A DNA stretch of 13,678 nt from Octopus sinensis (lineage: Eukaryota): contig NW_021826083.1 in NCBI RefSeq assembly GCF_006345805.1, forward strand, positions 1-13,678, read 5' to 3'. Below the pieces are notes generated by a model, which saw nothing but the letters and a program-made list of their open reading frames with translations, had not been told where the DNA came from and ran no database searches. Below are positions 8,704 to 13,678 of this stretch, in pieces. The translations under genes and the position numbers were made by a program. Numbering within the stretch: position 1 is the stretch's first letter; each line of letters starts with the position of its first letter.

Positions 8704-11700
8704 TCACTGGAATACTTCTGTATATACGATGTTCCTAGCTGTCCGTTAGGCGAAAACATGAAAACATCATTGCGCCTCCCAACGCGTGAACAGCCCACGT
8801 AGAGTTGACCGTGGGCGAAGCACTGTTCACCCAAATGTAACCCAGCGACTTGTACGTTTGGCCTTGGGATTTATTGATGGACATTGCGAAGCAGAGTTTA
8901 ACAGGAAACTGAGAACGCCTGAAGTGGATTGGTGGTAGGTCAGCGCCCGACGGTTGAAGGTGCATCCGTGGAATGAAGACGTCCTCTCCCTTCCCACAAC
9001 CGGTAAGTATTGTGGCCGTTATTAAATGTGGTGCCAAATGTTTCACAACCAAACGTGTGCCGTTGCACTGTTTAGGTGGAACTGGAACCAAATTCCTGAT
9101 GAGCATAATGGGCGCACCGACTTTTAACTTCAGGATGTGTGGTGGCAGGGCGGCGGTTCAAGTGAATTCAGGAATTGAACAGGATAATCGGCAAGCTGGG
9201 CGGGGTCTGCTGTCCTATCTATAGATTTGTAGACGTGGACATCACCAGGAATAGCTTCAAGTAGCTGGATATTGATGGAGTTGACGGTTGTTTTTTGGGT
9301 GCGAGAATAAGCTCTGCCTGCCAGCCATTTTAGGTCGCGTAAATTGTTTTGTAGGTCGTGGAAGACAGCGTCCCGGAGGCTAGCAGGGGTGTCGACAATG
9401 GTGCAAAGTGAGTCCAATTGAACGTAGCCATCCGCATCAGACAGCATCCTATTTTCACCGAGCGATAAGAGGTCCCTGGAGAATGCAGCGGATCCGCTGT
9501 CACCAATTAACTGCGCGCGCATGTTAGTTTGGAGGTGCAAGGGCCGCACATGTGCCCAAAGAGCTGACGACTTAAGGCACGCGCGCACGGCATCGGCACG
9601 GGTTCCTTTTGGAATAACAGGTAGAGTCTGCCTGAAGTCTCCTGAAAGAAGTAAAGTTAATCCTCCCATGGGGCCGTAGAGTCTCTGATGTCTTGCAGGG
9701 ACCTGTCCAGTGCCTCAAGGGCGCCTTTGTGTGCCATAGTGCACTCGTCCCATACGATGAGTTTGCATCTGCGCAGAATGTCGGCCTGTTCTGAGTTCTT
9801 GGCGATGTTGCAGATAGGTGACTCGGACTTTGCCAGATCGAGCAGGAGTCTGAAGGCAGAGTGGGCGGTTCTGCCACCCGGAAGCAACGTGGCCGCGATA
9901 CCAGAGGAAGCTACAGCCAGGGCAATGTCCGTGTTGCGTCTGACCTCTGCCAGAATTAGTTTAGTGACGAAGGTTTTGCCAGTGCCGCCGGGTGCATCAA
10001 GGAAGAAAATCACCCCACGTTGCTGTCTGACAGAGTCTACGATGGTGTTGTAGGCTATGCGCTGGTCTGGAAGCAGCCGTGGTTCATTATCTTGGACGTA
10101 CTGGTGCAGTTCCTCAATGCAGTAGGAAGTTTCGCGTAACATTCAGCAGACATAACATTGGCGTGTTCACGTGTGGGTGGTGGAAGGCCGTACTCTGTTA
10201 AAGCAGACCCACCCATATCGATGACAGCGTCTTCGAGTTGAATGAGCGCAAAATTGTAAATGAAGTTGGTGAACGTGATCTCGGCGGAAGGGCAGTGTTG
10301 CTGAGCCGTACGTAAGAAGTCGTGCGACATGTCATCCCTGTATTTCATCCAGAGACTTAGTGGATCACTAAGCTGACATTTTTGAAGAATGATTGCGAAA
10401 AGATGTCGTAGGGCCGAATGCGTTTGCAGTAAAGCACCCTCTGCCATCGTGGCGTCCCACTGGGAGTCATCCTCTAGAAGGCCAAGTCTCATACATGCTT
10501 CCCTGAAGGTGTCGCACAGAACCCATTGACGGTACGTATATTGGCGAAACCTGTTGGACCAGTGACCTCATGTAGAAGGAGACGGAGGTAGAAGAAGCAT
10601 TCTTGCTGGTTTGGCGGGATGTTGTAAACTCGACCCAGGCAGGAGTCAAACTTGACGCCTGGGAAGCTTTCGACGTTTTTTGCCGGATTTCCGTCGAACC
10701 CAGGTGTTTTTAGACCACACGAAGTACATGGGACCTGTGGGTACAAAAGCGTTCGAGCGAAGTCATCACGTTTGGCATAATTTGAAGAAACCAGTCAACG
10801 TTTGTGTCTTTAGGGCTGGTGGCTATCTGCACAGCACTTTGCTCTGTGAAGTAAATCCGCTGTCCATTTTCCAAGTGTACAGCAAGCTGCACCACAGCCG
10901 GGTGTCTCTGATGGAGCGGGAAGCCGTAAATGCGCCAAAACGCTTCGTTGCTGCTGAGGTACCGGCCAGCCAAGTAGTTGGACACTTCGTCGCGACTGGT
11001 GGTCCTCTGGATGCTGAACATGGCAGCATCGCTGCCTTTGTTGATATATTTGCAGACATATTGTATTGACCTGATGGAGCTGCAGAGCTGCAGAACTCAA
11101 CGTTGACGTGGGCTTTGAATATCTTCGACAGGAGAGGACAGTAGGGGACAATGTAGCTGTTGTCCACTTGATGTTGCCCAACCGTAATCGTGCGGCCTCC
11201 ATTGGCTGGACTCCTTCGTTTGTACAGCGGATACCCATCGCCGCCTGTTTGAGTCTCCAAAGTGAACCGTTTAGGGAATCCCTTTGAGCAGGCTAATCCG
11301 TTTTGTAGCATGGTTGTGTTGGCGTAATTTGGTCCACAGGGCCCGTGTACCATGGTAGTGCGGACAATTTCGTAGAGTCGGGGTCCTCATCGGGGTCAGG
11401 AATCGGCGGCGGAAATGAATTTGTCAATGTCATTAGTCTCGATTTTATGAGTGAGCCAAATTAAGATGTGAGCATGTGGCAAGCCCCTCTTTTGCCACTC
11501 GACCGAAAACATGTGGCACCTGACATGCCCGAAAATCTGCCCCTTAACTATCAAATCCTTCATTTTGCCCAAATTCAGACGGAAAACCCTAGCAACGATG
11601 TCGTGTCGATGGGGTGAGATTGACCCGGGAGGAGTTCGCGAGTGATTTCGTCGCAGCTGGGATTGCACGTGTAGGTGATAAAGAGGTCCGGCCGGCCGTA

Positions 11701-13600
11701 AATGCGCACGTAGGCCAAGGCGTCTTGGGTCCTTTCACGCATATATCGCGGTCCTCCCGTGAAGGTGGAGGGTAGTGAATGAATGCATGGCTTGCGATGT
11801 TGCGAGGGTCATTTTCTTGTTGCAAAACGTCACGGAGATGAATGTAGGAGTCGGAGCGAAGTTTGGTCTGATTGAGTTTAATGTATAGCAGCCTTTCCGA
11901 TTCCATTTTTGCGGCCATGTCGACGGCGAACTGGTTGAATAGCTGACGACAACGGGGCAATAAGTTGAACTCACCCTCCCTGACCATGAACCGGTATGAG
12001 TAGAACGCCCTGCAGGAAACCGTCTTTGATGCCGCAGTAGTAGTTTGATTGGAGGGCTGCCGTAAAGGAATTCCGAAGTGGTAGCCGTCTTCCCCATAAG
12101 GGAAAAGCAATGGATACTGAAGCGCGTCATAAGATCTGTGAGTCTCGCTGATCCTGTGTAGGTTGTTACCACGGGAGGAGATGATTATGTCACGGCTGTT
12201 GTGTTGCTCTCCGTGATAGACTGCGGCAATTTCGTTGCACGCAGGTGCGTTGAAACGGCGTTTGTGCTCCCCGTGGGGTCGTTTATCAGCATCAATGACA
12301 ACGGTGAAGTTTGGAGATGGAGCACTGTCCAAGGCATATCTGAAGCTGCAGACGTAACTGTTGATATCATGAAGCATGGTTTGGAGACGGAGAAGAATGT
12401 CTTTGCGGGGAACATAGCTTGTACCGCGTATTATTCAAAGGCGTGCATCAACCTGGTGGTTGTAGTCGGCAATGAAGTATATTTGGAGGAAAGAAGACTG
12501 CTGAATCTCGTCTGGCAGAAGTGACCCAATAAGATGGTAGACCTGTCCCTGCACTTTGAAAGTAGGCATCCAGCCTTCTCTGGCAGGAATTTTGGCCCCG
12601 AAAGAGGTCATTTGGAATGAGCAGTTGTACTTTCGAATTATTTCAAGGAATTGTGACGAATCGGGGGTTAAACCCGCCGCGAGATCCTTCAGTGGTTGAG
12701 GTGGTTCCCGTAGGGGTGGCAGGTCCACTTTGCCACCAGAGCAGCACAAAACCAGGTGGCTCCCGGGCCATTTCTTGGCTTTGCAAAACTGGCATACAAT
12801 TGTCATTGACCCTATCTTGATGTCGTCACGCAAAGAGAAGTTAATTGTGGCGTCGTAGTTGAATGCTAGTGACAACCAGAAAGCGGGGGCAGGGGTACGT
12901 ACACCACGAATGATATCCCGACGTTTGTTGATACTCTCAAGTCGAGTGCACCGTGCCTCAGCAGATTCAGATGCACGTGCGACAGCGGTAGCAGTGGCAT
13001 CCCTTGAAAGCCTTTCAGCTCTCGCCTCAGCACCCTCTGAAGCCCTAGCAGAAGCAGTGTTAATGGCATGTCTGGATGTCCGAATAGTCCGTTGGTGTGG
13101 AGTTTCGGCAGATCGAGCCCTGGCTGTGTTTGCGGCGTTAGCAGCTTGGCGAGCTCTCCTCTGTTGGTTGTTTCGGCAGCTTTGGCCATGGCTTTGTTTG
13201 CGGCGTCAGCATCTGGCGAGTTCTCCTCTGCTGTGAGGGGTTTCGACAGATCGTGTCCTGGCGGTGGTGCTAGTGGCGTTAGCCGCATTCCGAATGGCCC
13301 TTTGTTCGGGGTTCTCGCGAGCTCTGCGGATGGAAGCCACAGTAAGAACCCGCATGTTTTGGCTGGACTGTTGCTCTTTCCTCAACCTCGAGCAGAGGGA
13401 AGATCTGTACGCTGCGACCCTTGCAAGTCGGGTAGAACGGTCGCTAGTAGTTTCAGATGCCTGAGCAGCGGCATAACGGGAAGCTTTTGCGAGAGGCGCA
13501 AGGCGGTTTCCTCGTGGGTCTCGCGTGCCCTTCTAGCCCTAGCAGCCGATGCCTTGGCCGTCCGAGGGCTGAGGAGGGTCCTTCTCTTCTTGGGTGGCAT
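8704..13600 (-). CDS. Helitron RepHel protein, ~1,630 aa when frameshifts are bridged
   Basis: ATG at 13600 (MPPKKRR, NLS-like), 23-aa repeats, Zn finger (12741-12794), Helitron N-terminal region, HUH Rep, Pif1 helicase, and the canonical-looking C-terminus RNIVYTEVFQ* ending at 8704. As written it is interrupted by many short indels. The unshifted frame would instead stop at 8637. Confidence 0.75.
12920..13522 (-). repeat. ~9 tandem 69-bp (23-aa) STPR-like coding repeats
   Basis: Repeat-initial Glu codons at 13522, 13454, 13316, 13244, 13174, 13106, 13037 and 12968 give spacings of 68, 138, 72, 70, 68, 69 and 69. In-frame examples: ETPHQRTIRTSRHAINTASARAS, EGAEARAERLSRDATATAVARAS, ESAEARCTRLES. 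Confidence 0.8.
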
Positions 13601-13678
13601 TTTGGTGGATAGCAATGTGTTTGGCAAAGGTATAATAAAAGGGAACACGTGGGGTAAGTATTTTGGTGGATAGCAATG
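13600..13678. repeat. 18-bp direct repeat at 61-bp spacing upstream of the RepHel start
   Basis: TTTTGGTGGATAGCAATG occurs at 13600-13617 and 13661-13678; the second copy reaches the window edge. Confidence 0.85.

Larger units (their letters stand above)
8582..13678 (-). mobile_element. Helitron rolling-circle transposon, copy B; 5' end lies beyond the window
   Basis: Same RepHel motifs as copy A on the - strand (VEWQKRGLPHAHILIWL near 11460-11503; GGTGKT at 9972-9989; Walker B LIVWDECTM), plus the N-terminus that copy A lacks. It ends in a hairpin plus CTAG. No 5' TC terminus was identified within the window. Confidence 0.95.

Noticed and set aside
4084-12820. Other ORFs antisense to or out of frame with RepHel (e.g. 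4084-4380, 6050-6298, 6838-7083, 9688-10053, 10680-11069, 12201-12524)
   Set aside because: They are shadow frames of the transposase, mirrored in both copies, with no independent coding evidence.
3911-13032. Single Foldback/TIR transposon with 4.4-kb terminal inverted repeats
   Set aside because: The arms are Helitron bodies with their own 3' ends facing inward. Copy B continues past the homology boundary, and no DDE transposase or target-site duplication is visible.
12859-13673. Plus-strand ORFs of 125, 201 and 66 aa
   Set aside because: They are antisense to the RepHel N-terminus, have low-complexity Ala/Leu/Ser composition and show no recognisable domain.
8582-13678. Helentron/Helitron2 classification
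   Set aside because: Rep motif 2 is RGLPH rather than the Helentron-type RGSPH, no endonuclease follows the helicase, and the end is hairpin plus CTAG.

Overview
Eukaryotic repetitive DNA with no host gene. It has three parts. (1) 1-3912 is a tandem satellite of about 33 monomers of about 117 bp, each with a near-invariant 75-bp core, a variable A-tract and a GC hairpin. (2) 3911-8293 is a 5'-truncated Helitron (+ strand) fused directly to the satellite. (3) 8582-13678 is a near-identical Helitron on the - strand that runs out of the window. It includes the start codon, about nine 23-aa STPR-like repeats, a Zn finger, the HUH Rep domain and the Pif1 helicase. The two Helitrons face tail-to-tail and form a 9.1-kb quasi-palindrome around a 288-bp spacer of (TA)n / SINE-like fragment / (CA)(TA)n. 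Both have the canonical 3' hairpin plus CTAG|T. The many frameshifts are mostly copy-specific short indels that look like uncorrected long-read error, so the underlying Helitron may be intact. The spacer resembles, from memory only, an abundant Octopus SINE, which suggests a cephalopod host. The main caveat is that the palindrome may be a fold-back or template-switch product, in vivo or in vitro.
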